This document shows positions 41,700-50,467 of a stretch of 64,000 nucleotides of DNA, piece after piece; positions within the stretch are counted from its first letter, which is position 1, and every line of letters starts with the position of its first letter. Origin of the DNA: Stellaceae bacterium (GTDB lineage Bacteria; Pseudomonadota; Alphaproteobacteria; ATCC43930; CGMCC-115725); NCBI GenBank assembly GCA_035604195.1, contig DATNIY010000050.1:36-64035 (forward strand). The letters are read 5' to 3'. The position numbers and the translations under genes are program-made. The notes below the pieces were generated by a model. It did not search any database. It had not been told where the DNA came from and saw nothing but the letters and a program-made list of their open reading frames with translations.

Positions 41700-42478
41700 T
41701 TCTCGAGCTTCTCGGTGATGTAGAAGAAGGCGACGCTGGTCAAGATGACGAAGAAGATCGCGCCGTACATCTTCGGAATTTCCCAGCGTTGGGCGAGATC
41801 GTCGATGAGCTCGCCCATGCCGCCGAAATTGATCAGGAACTCGACTCCGACGACGCTGATGAGCGCGAAGATGAGGCCCAGACGCACGCCGTTGGCGATG
41901 GTCGGCACCGCCGCCGGCAGCATGATTTTCCAGAACAGCGTGCCCTGGCCCAAGCCGTAGCTGCGCCCGACATCGATGAGCACGCGCCGCGTGCCGTCGA
42001 GCCCTTCCTTGGTCTTGAGCACGACCGGCGTGAGCCCGGTCAGGGTGCTCATCGCGACGATGGTGGCGCTGCTCCGCCCGAAGATGACGAGGAAAAGCGG
42101 ATAGAGCAGCACCAAGGGCGCCGCGGCGCAGCTCGCGACCCAGGTCTCGTAGGCGGGCCCGGCCCAGGGGCTCCGATGCAGCCACCAGCCGATCGGCACG
42201 CCCAGGCACATCGCGAGGCCGGCGGCGCAGAAGGTTTCGAGGAAGGTGCGCAGCAGGGCCTCGAAGAGGCCCTCGTCCTCGATCAGGCCGGGGAAGCTTT
42301 GGACGATCGCCGAGGGCGCCGGGGCGACGAAGGGGCTGACCCAGCCGATATCGACCGCCCATTCCCAGATCAGGCCGAGAAGCAACAGCGTCGCCACGCC
42401 GAACAGCGTCGGGCCGGCGCTCTGCAGGACGGCGCGGCGGGTGGTGCTTGCGGCGTTCGCGGCAACGGCCATCGCCAC
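41681..42478 (-). CDS. ABC transporter permease (NitT/TauT family), second copy
   Basis: 265 aa with an EAA-like loop (VGRSYGLGQGTLFWKIMLPAAVP). It overlaps the next permease by 19 nt. Confidence 0.85.
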   Translation of the reverse strand: MAMAVAANAASTTRRAVLQSAGPTLFGVATLLLLGLIWEWAVDIGWVSPFVAPAPSAIVQSFPGLIEDEGLFEALLRTFLETFCAAGLAMCLGVPIGWWLHRSPWAGPAYETWVASCAAAPLVLLYPLFLVIFGRSSATIVAMSTLTGLTPVVLKTKEGLDGTRRVLIDVGRSYGLGQGTLFWKIMLPAAVPTIANGVRLGLIFALISVVGVEFLINFGGMGELIDDLAQRWEIPKMYGAIFFVILTSVAFFYITEKLEKWLRPV

Positions 42479-42479
42479 C

Positions 42480-43442
42480 TCACTTCCCCGGCTTGATGAT
42501 GGTGATCAGGCCGGCGATCTGGTCGGGCTTCATCGGCTGCGGAATGCGCTTGAATTCGTAGGCATCGCGCAGAGTCTGATCGAGGCCCTTGATCTCATAG
42601 GGCTGCAGCGAAGATTTCGGATAGAACTTGCGCGCCTCGACCGCGAGCTCGTGCGAGACATGCAAGCCGTCGGCGTAATAATCGGTGGCCTTGGGGTTGG
42701 CATAGGCCCAGTCGATCGACTTCTGATAGGCGCGAGCGAAGCGTTCGACCACGTCGCGGTGCTGCTGCAGCAGCGCAAGCCGAACGACATTGACGCGCAC
42801 CGTTTGGTTGCGCAGCGCCGGCACGTCGCTGCCATGCGCGAGGATGACGAGCTTGCCCGCCTTTACCTGATCGAGCGGAATCGGCGGCGCCGCCCAGCCG
42901 ACATCGATCTGTCCCGACATGACCTGGGTGAGCGTGCCGGGAATGCCGCCCGTCGGCGTCGGCTTCGCGGTGGTGACGCCGTTGTATTTCAACAGCGACA
43001 AGAGCACGAGATTCGACGACGAGCCGGGGGCCGAGAAGGCCACGCTCTTGCCGGCGGCGTCCTTCAGCGACTTCATGCCGCTGTCGGCCTTGGCATACCA
43101 GAAGAGATCGGGCACGCCGGTCCATTCCGCGGAGATGATGCGAATGGGCGCGCCCTTGACATAGGCCGAGATGATGCCGAGCGTTCCCGTGCCGATCGCC
43201 ATGTCGGCGCTGCCGGAAATGACGGCCTGCTCGTTGTTGGCGCCGCCTTCGCTGTAGATCTGCTCGATGTCGAGCCCCTCAGCCTTGAAGATGCCCTCCT
43301 TGACGCCGAAATCGACCATCGAGACGTCCCACAGGCCCTTCTGGGGAATGACGACCTTCAGCGATTCCGCTTGCGCCGCGCCAGTGACTGCGGCGGCGAG
43401 GGCCACGCCCAGCCCGAAGACGACGGCTCTGCCCATCTTCAT
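42480..43442 (-). CDS. ABC transporter substrate-binding protein, NMT1/THI5 (SsuA/TauA)-like
   Basis: 320 aa with a signal peptide (MKMGRAVVFGLGVALAAAVTGAAQA). Its size and sequence are typical of NitT/TauT-family binding proteins. Confidence 0.8.
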   Translation of the reverse strand: MKMGRAVVFGLGVALAAAVTGAAQAESLKVVIPQKGLWDVSMVDFGVKEGIFKAEGLDIEQIYSEGGANNEQAVISGSADMAIGTGTLGIISAYVKGAPIRIISAEWTGVPDLFWYAKADSGMKSLKDAAGKSVAFSAPGSSSNLVLLSLLKYNGVTTAKPTPTGGIPGTLTQVMSGQIDVGWAAPPIPLDQVKAGKLVILAHGSDVPALRNQTVRVNVVRLALLQQHRDVVERFARAYQKSIDWAYANPKATDYYADGLHVSHELAVEARKFYPKSSLQPYEIKGLDQTLRDAYEFKRIPQPMKPDQIAGLITIIKPGK

Positions 43443-43520
43443 CCTCCCCTGCTTGGGACATAGTGGCCGAACTCGGCAGCGGGCCGCAAGATCGTCCTGC
43501 CGCGGCGCCTGCCGCCGCGC

Positions 43521-44366
43521 TCAGTGCCGCGGCGGGCGGGCGGCCATGGCGGCTTCGCTGTCGGATAGGCCCTTCGTTGCCTCCTCGCGCAAATCGCTCC
43601 AGATGGTCGCGACGTAGTGGCCGAACTCGGGCGAGCTCACGATCTCGGAGGTGCGCGGCCGCGGCAGATCGATGGCGACGATCCGCTTCACCTGCCCCGG
43701 CCGGTAGGTCATCACCATGACGCGGTCGGCAAGCTGCACCGCCTCGGCGATGTTGTGGGTGATGAGCAGGGTGGTCTGGTCGAGCGCCTGCTTGATCTGC
43801 AGCACCTTGTCGCCGAGCAGGAGCCGCGTCTGCTCGTCGAGCGCGGCGAAGGGCTCGTCCATCAGTAGGATCTTGGGCTGGAAGGCCAAAGTCCGGGCGA
43901 TCGCGGTGCGCTGGCGCATGCCGCCCGACATCTCCGCGGGATAGCGGTTCTCGAAACCGTCGAGCCCAACGAGCCGGACCAAGTCGCGCGCGCGGGCGAG
44001 GCGCTCGGCCTTGGGCACGCCCGCGGTCTCCAGCGGGAAGGCGACGTTCTCGATCGTGGTGCGCCAGGGGAAGGTCGATTCCTCCTGGAACACCATGCCG
44101 ATGGCGTGGTGCGAGCCGCTCACCGCCTGGCCGTCCACCAGGATGCGTCCGTCGAAGTCGTCGATGAGCCCGCCGACGATGTTGAACAAAGTGGATTTGC
44201 CGCAGCCCGACGGGCCGATGAGCGCGACGAACTCGCCGTGCCGCACATCGAGCGATACGTCCTGCAGCGCGGTGAGCGGTCCCTCGGCCGTGGTGAAGAC
44301 CTTGGTGACATGCTCGACCGAGAGGAGGACCGGGCGCGCGGCACTGGGCGCCTCGCTGGCTGGCAT
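43521..44366 (-). CDS. ABC transporter ATP-binding protein (NitT/TauT family)
   Basis: It has Walker A (GPSGCGKST), the signature MSGGMRQR and Walker B (LLMDEPF). Confidence 0.9.
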   Translation of the reverse strand: MPASEAPSAARPVLLSVEHVTKVFTTAEGPLTALQDVSLDVRHGEFVALIGPSGCGKSTLFNIVGGLIDDFDGRILVDGQAVSGSHHAIGMVFQEESTFPWRTTIENVAFPLETAGVPKAERLARARDLVRLVGLDGFENRYPAEMSGGMRQRTAIARTLAFQPKILLMDEPFAALDEQTRLLLGDKVLQIKQALDQTTLLITHNIAEAVQLADRVMVMTYRPGQVKRIVAIDLPRPRTSEIVSSPEFGHYVATIWSDLREEATKGLSDSEAAMAARPPRH

Positions 44367-44379
44367 CGGGCCTGGCGCT

Positions 44380-46200
44380 TCAGGGCGCGGGCGCGGCGCG
44401 GGTCATGGCGCTTTGCGTCGCTGGGTCGTAGCCGGGCTCGACGCGGACATCGACGACCGCAACCTTGCCGTCGCCGACGGCACGCACGGCCTGCTTGAGC
44501 GTCTCGCCGAGCTCGCCCAGCTTGGCGACGGGGCCGAAGCCTTCGGCTCCCTGCGCCCGCGCGATCAGGGCGAGGTCGATGGCGGGATCGATCATTTGTT
44601 GGCCGATCCATTTGTTGGCGACGGGCCGGCCGCGCTCGCGCGCCATGCGCTCCTGATGCAGCTCGTCATTGTAGAAGGAGCGGTTGTTGGCGATGACGAT
44701 GAGGAGCGGGATGCGGTAATGCACCGCCGTCCAAACCGCGTTGTTGCCCATCATGAAATCGCCGTCGCCCAAGACCGCGACGGGAAGCCGCCCGCTGCCC
44801 TTGAGCGCCAGCGCCGCGCCCACCGTCATGCCCGGGCCCGAGCCGACCCCGCCGCCGCCATCCGCGCCGAGGAAGTCGAGCGGGTGCCGAATCGGCCAGA
44901 GGTGTCCCGCCCAGGAAAGCGAATGGCGGATGAGCGTCGGCTTCAGCCCTGCCGTCGCCTCCTGCAGGGCGCGGGCGAGGAGCGGCACGGCGATGGGACC
45001 GGCGGCATCACCTGGGGCGACGGCGGGCGCGGGAATGGGCTTGCGGCCGGGCCAGGCCGGCGCCTTGCGCCCGCCCAACCGCTTTATCGCCGCGAGCAAT
45101 GCCGCGACCGTCGGATCGGGCTGCGCCATGAGATATAGATCGGCCGGCGCCAGACCCTGGTGATCCATGCTCCAGCCGTTATGCACATGCTGGTCGAGCG
45201 AGACGTTGATCACGGTCGAGCCGACGGGCTCGCCCTTCCAGGCGCCCTTGAGCACGCTCGCGAGATCGACCCAGTCGAGGCTCAGCACGACGTCCGCTTG
45301 GCGCATTAGCTCGGCGGTAGGGCCGCCGGCGAAAGTGGCAGCGGGCACGCCCAACAGCGGATGGTCGGTCGGGAAGGCGGCGGCCTGCTTCAGGTCGGTC
45401 AGCACCACCGCGCCCAGCGCCTCGACCAATTGCACGCGCTGCGCCCAGGCATCCTCGCCGCGCGAGACGCGGCCCATGAGGATGAGCGGACGCTCGGCGG
45501 CGATGAGCTTTCGCGCCGCCGCTTCGGCCAGGCTCGGATCGGGCGCCGCCGCCGGCGGCGGCAGGAAGCGCTTGGCATCCGGCAGCGGCGGCGCCTCGAG
45601 CTTCGCTTCCTGAAGCGCCGCGTCGAAGACGACATAGGTCGGCCCACAGGGCGCGGTCGCGGCGATCTGGCGCGCGCGCAGAATCGACTCATAGGCCGCG
45701 GCGAGCGAGGCCGGCTGGTCGTCCCATTTGGTATAGTTGCGGACGAGCGCGCCCTGGTCCTTGGCGGTGTGGATCCAATCGATCCAGGGACGGCGCTTGG
45801 CCGCATCGACCGGCCCGGTCGCGCCGAGCAGCACCAGCGGCACGCGGTCGCACCAGGCGTTGAACACCGCCATGGTCGCGTGCATCAACCCGACGTTGCT
45901 GTGCACGATGGCGAGCATCGGCTTTTCCGTCACCTTGGCCCAGCCATGCGCGATCGCGACCGCGGTCTCCTCGTGCAGGCAGAGCAGCATCTGCGGCGTG
46001 TCGTTGCCGAGCCCGTTCACCAGGCTGTCGTGCAGCCCGCGGTAGCTCGCTCCCGGATTCAGCGCGACATAGGGAATGTCGAGCTGGCGCAGCATCCGGG
46101 CGATGGCGTCGCTGCCCCAGCCCGCATTGTTCTCCGAGGGCAGCGGACGTTCGATCCCCTGCGGCTCGTTCGACAGATCCGGTTGTTTCATATGGCGCAT
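44380..46200 (-). CDS. Thiamine-diphosphate-binding enzyme (acetolactate synthase / benzoylformate decarboxylase superfamily), substrate unknown
   Basis: ~606 aa from ATG 46200 (or 46191). The N-terminal PYR domain reads NPGASYRGLHDSL...LHEETAVAIAHGWA. The C-terminal PP domain has GDGDF...NN (AVLGDGDFMMGNNAVW...VIANNRSFYN). Confidence 0.8.
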   Translation of the reverse strand: MRHMKQPDLSNEPQGIERPLPSENNAGWGSDAIARMLRQLDIPYVALNPGASYRGLHDSLVNGLGNDTPQMLLCLHEETAVAIAHGWAKVTEKPMLAIVHSNVGLMHATMAVFNAWCDRVPLVLLGATGPVDAAKRRPWIDWIHTAKDQGALVRNYTKWDDQPASLAAAYESILRARQIAATAPCGPTYVVFDAALQEAKLEAPPLPDAKRFLPPPAAAPDPSLAEAAARKLIAAERPLILMGRVSRGEDAWAQRVQLVEALGAVVLTDLKQAAAFPTDHPLLGVPAATFAGGPTAELMRQADVVLSLDWVDLASVLKGAWKGEPVGSTVINVSLDQHVHNGWSMDHQGLAPADLYLMAQPDPTVAALLAAIKRLGGRKAPAWPGRKPIPAPAVAPGDAAGPIAVPLLARALQEATAGLKPTLIRHSLSWAGHLWPIRHPLDFLGADGGGGVGSGPGMTVGAALALKGSGRLPVAVLGDGDFMMGNNAVWTAVHYRIPLLIVIANNRSFYNDELHQERMARERGRPVANKWIGQQMIDPAIDLALIARAQGAEGFGPVAKLGELGETLKQAVRAVGDGKVAVVDVRVEPGYDPATQSAMTRAAPAP

Positions 46201-46392
46201 CCCTGGATTTGCCGCGGGCTTCGCCGCGGCGCTTGGTTGCCGCGATATTGCAAGGGGGCAGGGCCGATGGCAAAGAAATTCCTGGCACAGCTTTCGCGCC
46301 CGATGCGACCGCTTGACCCCGGCGCGTGTCTGGGCCATGTCGCTGGCGCGACAATCCGTGCGGCTACGAGGCCGGTCTCACAGGTAGTGGCG

Positions 46393-47346
46393 ATGGAGCC
46401 GGAAATCCTCAGCAAGTTGGAGCGCCGCCTCGGGCGCCTCCACGCCAGGCAGCGGCTGGGCATCGAGACCGATCACGAGGCGCGGGTCTTCGGCCAGGGG
46501 CTCAATTTCTTTCACATCGAGAATTGGTACTCGGTCCATTCCCTCATCCGCAACACGCTGAAGCTGACGGGCCTCTACTGGCGCGGGCGCCGGAACGCGG
46601 AGCGCATCGCGGTCAGGCATAACGACTTCGCCTTCAGCGCGCTGCCGCAGGAGTTCGACGGCTTTACCATTCTTCACATCAGCGACATGCATGTCGACAT
46701 GAACCCGGGCGCGATGCGGCGCCTGGCGGAGCTTCTCGATGAGGTGAGCTACGACGTCTGCGTCCTGACCGGCGACTTTCGCGGCCAGACCTTCGGACCT
46801 TTCGATGAAACTCTCGCCGGCCTGGCCCGCGTGTGCTCCCGCCTGCGCGGTCCGGTCTATGGCGTCCTCGGCAATCACGACACGATTCGGATGGTTCCGG
46901 GAATGGAAGAGTTAGGCATCAGGATGCTGCTCAACGAGGCCGAAATGATCGTGCGCGGCGGGCAGCGTATTCATCTCGCCGGGATCGATGACGCCCATTA
47001 TTACCGCGTCGACAACATCGAGAAGGTTGCCTCGCAAATTCCGCACGATGAATTCTCCATCCTGCTGTCGCACACGCCCGAGATCTACCGCCAGGCCGCG
47101 CATGCCGATTTCAATCTGCTGCTGAGCGGGCATACCCATGGCGGGCAGATCTGCCTGCCCGGCTCGATCCCGATCACGCTCGACTCGGTGCTGCCGCGGC
47201 GCCTGGGGGCGGGAGCGTGGAACTATCACGGCATGCTCGGCTACACCTCGGTCGGCGTCGGCTCCTCCATCGTCGTCGTGCGGATAAACTGCGCGCCGGA
47301 GATCGCCTTGCATCGTCTGCGGCGCGGCGCTGCGTCCGCGACCTAA
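46393..47346 (+). CDS. Metallophosphoesterase (YaeI/calcineurin-like)
   Basis: From ATG 46393 in the frame of track ORF 45361-47346. The motifs are ILHISDMH, LTGDF, GNHD and SGHTHGGQ. Confidence 0.85.
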   Translation: MEPEILSKLERRLGRLHARQRLGIETDHEARVFGQGLNFFHIENWYSVHSLIRNTLKLTGLYWRGRRNAERIAVRHNDFAFSALPQEFDGFTILHISDMHVDMNPGAMRRLAELLDEVSYDVCVLTGDFRGQTFGPFDETLAGLARVCSRLRGPVYGVLGNHDTIRMVPGMEELGIRMLLNEAEMIVRGGQRIHLAGIDDAHYYRVDNIEKVASQIPHDEFSILLSHTPEIYRQAAHADFNLLLSGHTHGGQICLPGSIPITLDSVLPRRLGAGAWNYHGMLGYTSVGVGSSIVVVRINCAPEIALHRLRRGAASAT

Positions 47347-47831
47347 TACGGACGATCGCGCAGGCGGAGACGGTAGAGCAGGCGCGAGAGGATTACTTCG
47401 CCGGCGAAGAAGAGCGCGACCGCGGCGGCGATGTCCCAGAGGGTCAGCGACAGCGTGTTGCGGCAGGCGAGCAGCGGGAGCAAGGATTCGGGGATCTGAT
47501 CGAGACCGCTCGCCCGGCTGCTGGGCTGCAGATCGAAGCGCCGCTTGATGAAGCTCGAGAGCAGATCGCCGGCCATGGCGCCGCCGGCGATAAGCGCCCC
47601 GATTCCCGCGTCGAGTCCGACCAGGGGCGCGCCCGCCGCGGTAGCGAGGATCGAAAGCACGATGCCGCGAACCGTCTTCGAATGGCCAAAGAGCGGCCGC
47701 CCGTCGGCGAACTTCATCCCGCCGTCGAGCGGATAGGCGAGGCGCTCGCCGAGGACCTTCTTTGCCACTACCGGCGTGCCATTCGCCAGCGTCAGCAGGA
47801 GCAGGAGTTGCGCGACGGCAAGGGGCTGCAT
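47343..47831 (-). CDS. CDP-archaeol synthase (CarS, DUF46/PF01864) family membrane protein
   Basis: 162 aa with about 5 TM segments. PLDGGMKFADGRPLFGHSKTVRG and GAMAGDLLSSFIKRRFDLQPSSRASGLDQIPESLL align with A. fulgidus CarS as I remember it ([40 protein letters not shown]...VDQL). Confidence 0.7.
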   Translation of the reverse strand: MQPLAVAQLLLLLTLANGTPVVAKKVLGERLAYPLDGGMKFADGRPLFGHSKTVRGIVLSILATAAGAPLVGLDAGIGALIAGGAMAGDLLSSFIKRRFDLQPSSRASGLDQIPESLLPLLACRNTLSLTLWDIAAAVALFFAGEVILSRLLYRLRLRDRPY

Positions 47832-47930
47832 GGCCCCAGCCTATCCCAGCCGCGAACGAGCGTCAGCGCCGGCGTCCGCCAAGCGCGGCCCTTGTCCTGT
47901 GCGGCCCGCCGGCCTTACTGTGGGCGCGCC

Positions 47931-48998
47931 ATGAATGACGCGAAACCGAAGCAAACGAACACTCCGGCCGAGCCGCGCGCCGAGTCCTGGGCCCCCAACT
48001 ATGCCGCCGACGGGCGGCTCGTGCTCGCGCTCGCGATCAGCGATTACGACCACGTCCGCGACCTCACCGCCGGCGTGGTGCGGCCGCAGGGAATTCAGCT
48101 CGCCCCCTTGAGCCTCGCCATCGAAGAGATCTTTCACCGCTTCACCCGCTACCGCGAGTGGGAGGTGTCGGAGATGTCGCTGGCGAAATACAGCTCGCTC
48201 GTCTCCCAAGGCGATCCCGATCTGAGCGGCATTCCCGTCTTTCCCTCGCGCGTCTTCCGCCATTCCTCGATCTATGTCCGCCGCGGCGGCGCCATCAAGG
48301 AGCCCCGCGATCTCAAGGGCAAGCGCGTAGGATTGCCCGAATGGGCGCAGACCGCCGCAGTTTACAGCCGCGGCCTCTTGACCGACGAATACGGCATCCG
48401 CCTTCAGGACGTCGAATGGATCCAAGCGGGCGTCAATGAGCCGGGCCGCGCCGAGAAGGTGGCGCTCCGGCTGCCCGAGGGCGTGCACTATCGCCCCCGT
48501 CCCGATTCATCGCTCGATGCGCTGCTGCGCGCGGGCGAAGTCGATGCCGTGCTCTCGGCGCACGCGCCCCAGTCCTTCGAGGATGGAAATCCCGAGATCG
48601 TGCGGCTTTTTCCGGATTACCGCCCGGTCGAGGAAGCCTATTACCGCAAGACCGGCATCTACCCGATCATGCATGTGGTGGCGATCCGCCGCCCGGTGCT
48701 AAAGCATTTCCCGTGGGTCGCGAAAAATCTGATGGACGCCTTCGAGGCCGCCAAGCGGCGCAGCATTTACCGTTCGCGCGAGATCACGGCGAGCCGCTTT
48801 CCCGTGCCCTGGATCGCCGAGACCGCTGCGCGCGCCAAGGAGCTTTTCGGCGACGATCCGCTGCCCTACGGCATCGAGCCCAACCGCCGGACCTTGGAGG
48901 CCTTCCTCCGCTTCGCCCATGACCAGGGCGTCTGCCACTGCCCGCTCGCGCCCGAGGATCTTTTCCCGCCGGAAGTGCGGACGAGCTTCAAGGTGTGA
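47931..48998 (+). CDS. Periplasmic-binding-fold protein resembling 4,5-dihydroxyphthalate decarboxylase (PhtD-like); function uncertain
   Basis: 355 aa from ATG 47931 in the frame of track ORF 47217-48998. It has no signal peptide. The sequence EIFHRFTRYREWEVSEMSLAKY...GIPVFPSRVFRHSSIYV...GLPEWAQTAAV recalls PhtD-like proteins. The family call is from memory only. Confidence 0.55.
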   Translation: MNDAKPKQTNTPAEPRAESWAPNYAADGRLVLALAISDYDHVRDLTAGVVRPQGIQLAPLSLAIEEIFHRFTRYREWEVSEMSLAKYSSLVSQGDPDLSGIPVFPSRVFRHSSIYVRRGGAIKEPRDLKGKRVGLPEWAQTAAVYSRGLLTDEYGIRLQDVEWIQAGVNEPGRAEKVALRLPEGVHYRPRPDSSLDALLRAGEVDAVLSAHAPQSFEDGNPEIVRLFPDYRPVEEAYYRKTGIYPIMHVVAIRRPVLKHFPWVAKNLMDAFEAAKRRSIYRSREITASRFPVPWIAETAARAKELFGDDPLPYGIEPNRRTLEAFLRFAHDQGVCHCPLAPEDLFPPEVRTSFKV

Positions 48999-49019
48999 CG
49001 GCTCCCGCGCGACCGCGCC

Positions 49020-49048
49020 GCATCCAAGCGGCCTCTCCGCCGGTAGAT
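49020..49048 (+). promoter_or_regulatory. Candidate ECF-type promoter GCATCCA-N16-GTAGAT upstream of the sigma factor gene
   Basis: GCATCCA (49020-49026), 16 nt, then GTAGAT (49043-49048). The same bipartite motif recurs at 50368-50396. Confidence 0.5.
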
Positions 49049-49116
49049 AGGCCGAGATGGCCACGCTTCCGCTCTGGCCACGGCCTGGGTCGCGCGTGGA
49101 TTTCGACCGGAACCAC

Positions 49117-49671
49117 ATGACCGATGACAGCGCCAGGCGCGTCGCTCTGGCCGATTTGATCGCCGCGGTGCAGCGCGGCAGCGAGCCGGCGCTGAAGCGG
49201 CTCTATGAGCTCGAATCCCGCCGCCTCTATGGGATCGCCCTGCGGATCACGCGCCGGCCCGAGATCGCGGCCGAAGTGCTGCAGGACGCTTTCGTCCAGA
49301 TCTGGCGCTCGGCCGCGAGCTTCTCGCGCCAGCGCGGCGAGGTCGCGGCCTGGCTCACCGGCATCACCCGCTATCGCGCGCTCGATGCGGCGCGCAAGCT
49401 CGGCCGCGAAGTGCTGTCCGATGACCCCGCGCTTGGCGATCGTTTGCTCGAGCCCGATGCCATCGCGCGCATCGAGGGGCGAGCGGAAGCCGGCGCGTTG
49501 CGCCGCTGCCTCGAACTCCTCGACCAGAATCAGCGGCGTTGCATCCTCCTCGCCTTCGTCGAGGGACTGACGCATAGCGAAATCGCGGCGCGCTTGCCGG
49601 CGCCCCTGGGGAGCGTCAAGAGCTGGGTCCGGCGCGGCCTTCTCACGCTGAGGAGCTGTCTCGAGCAATGA
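49117..49671 (+). CDS. ECF (sigma-70 family group 4) RNA polymerase sigma factor
   Basis: Region 2 reads YELESRRLYGIALRITRRPEIAAEVLQDAFVQIW and region 4 reads LAFVEGLTHSEIAARLPAPLGSVKSWVRRGLLTL. The start is ATG 49117, or ATG 49057 if the mRNA is leaderless. Confidence 0.85.
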   Translation: MTDDSARRVALADLIAAVQRGSEPALKRLYELESRRLYGIALRITRRPEIAAEVLQDAFVQIWRSAASFSRQRGEVAAWLTGITRYRALDAARKLGREVLSDDPALGDRLLEPDAIARIEGRAEAGALRRCLELLDQNQRRCILLAFVEGLTHSEIAARLPAPLGSVKSWVRRGLLTLRSCLEQ

Positions 49672-50348
49672 TTCCCGGAGATCGCGACGAACTCCACGCG
49701 CTGGCCGGCGAATACGTCCTCGGCCTGGTCGATGCCGAGCAGCGCCAGGAGATCGAAGCAGCGCGCGGCACCAACGCCGCGCTCGATCAGGCGATCGCGT
49801 TCTGGGAAGAGCGACTTCATCCCTTGTCGGCGCTGGCACCGCCGGCCGAGCCGCCGCCCGGCACCTGGGAGCGCATCGCATTGCGGCTTCGCGGCGCCGG
49901 CGCCACGTCCCGGGCCGCGGGCAAAGTGGTCCGGTGGCGTTGGGCGACGGCGGCGGCCGGCGCGCTCGCGGCCGGCCTCGCGCTTTACATCGCCGTCGCG
50001 CCGCGGCCGCCGATGCCGCGCTTGGTTGCGGTGCTGCATGCACCGCAACAGGACCAGCCGGCGTGGGTGGCGACGACCGCCGCGGCGCGGCTGCATCTCC
50101 AAGCCGTCGCCGGCCAGACCCCGCCGGCCGACCGCGCCTTCGAGCTCTGGGTCATCCCGCCCGGCGCGACCGCACCGCAGCCTCTTGGCGTTGTGCCGAC
50201 TGACGGCAGGCTTGAACTCGCCGCCGTGCCCGCGGGAATCGGAGCGGGTGCCACGCTCGCCATCAGCCTCGAGCCGCCGGGCGGCTCGCCCACGGGTCAG
50301 CCGACCGGACCGGTGGTCTTTGTCGGCACGCTGGTCCAAGCCGATTAG
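49668..50348 (+). CDS. Anti-sigma factor, RskA (anti-sigma-K)-like
   Basis: It overlaps the sigma stop by 4 nt. It has an N-terminal anti-sigma domain (LAGEYVLGLVD...AFWEERL), one TM segment (WATAAAGALAAGLALYIAV) and a C-terminal RskA-type domain (FELWVIP...ATLAISLEPPGGSPTGQPTGPVVFVG). Confidence 0.8.
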   Translation: MIPGDRDELHALAGEYVLGLVDAEQRQEIEAARGTNAALDQAIAFWEERLHPLSALAPPAEPPPGTWERIALRLRGAGATSRAAGKVVRWRWATAAAGALAAGLALYIAVAPRPPMPRLVAVLHAPQQDQPAWVATTAAARLHLQAVAGQTPPADRAFELWVIPPGATAPQPLGVVPTDGRLELAAVPAGIGAGATLAISLEPPGGSPTGQPTGPVVFVGTLVQAD

Positions 50349-50367
50349 CCGCCGCCACACCGACCCT

Positions 50368-50396
50368 GCATCCAGATCTCCCGCTGGCGCGTAGTT
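50368..50396 (+). promoter_or_regulatory. Second copy of the candidate ECF-type promoter, GCATCCA-N16-GTAGTT, upstream of the ferritin-like gene
   Basis: GCATCCA (50368-50374), 16 nt, then GTAGTT (50391-50396). It lies ~70 nt upstream of ATG 50468. Confidence 0.5.
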
Positions 50397-50467
50397 ATGA
50401 CGGCAGCGCGCCTCGCCTGCCGCCGGACCGCCGATCCGGCCTCACGACAGCACAGGGAGAGATCGCA

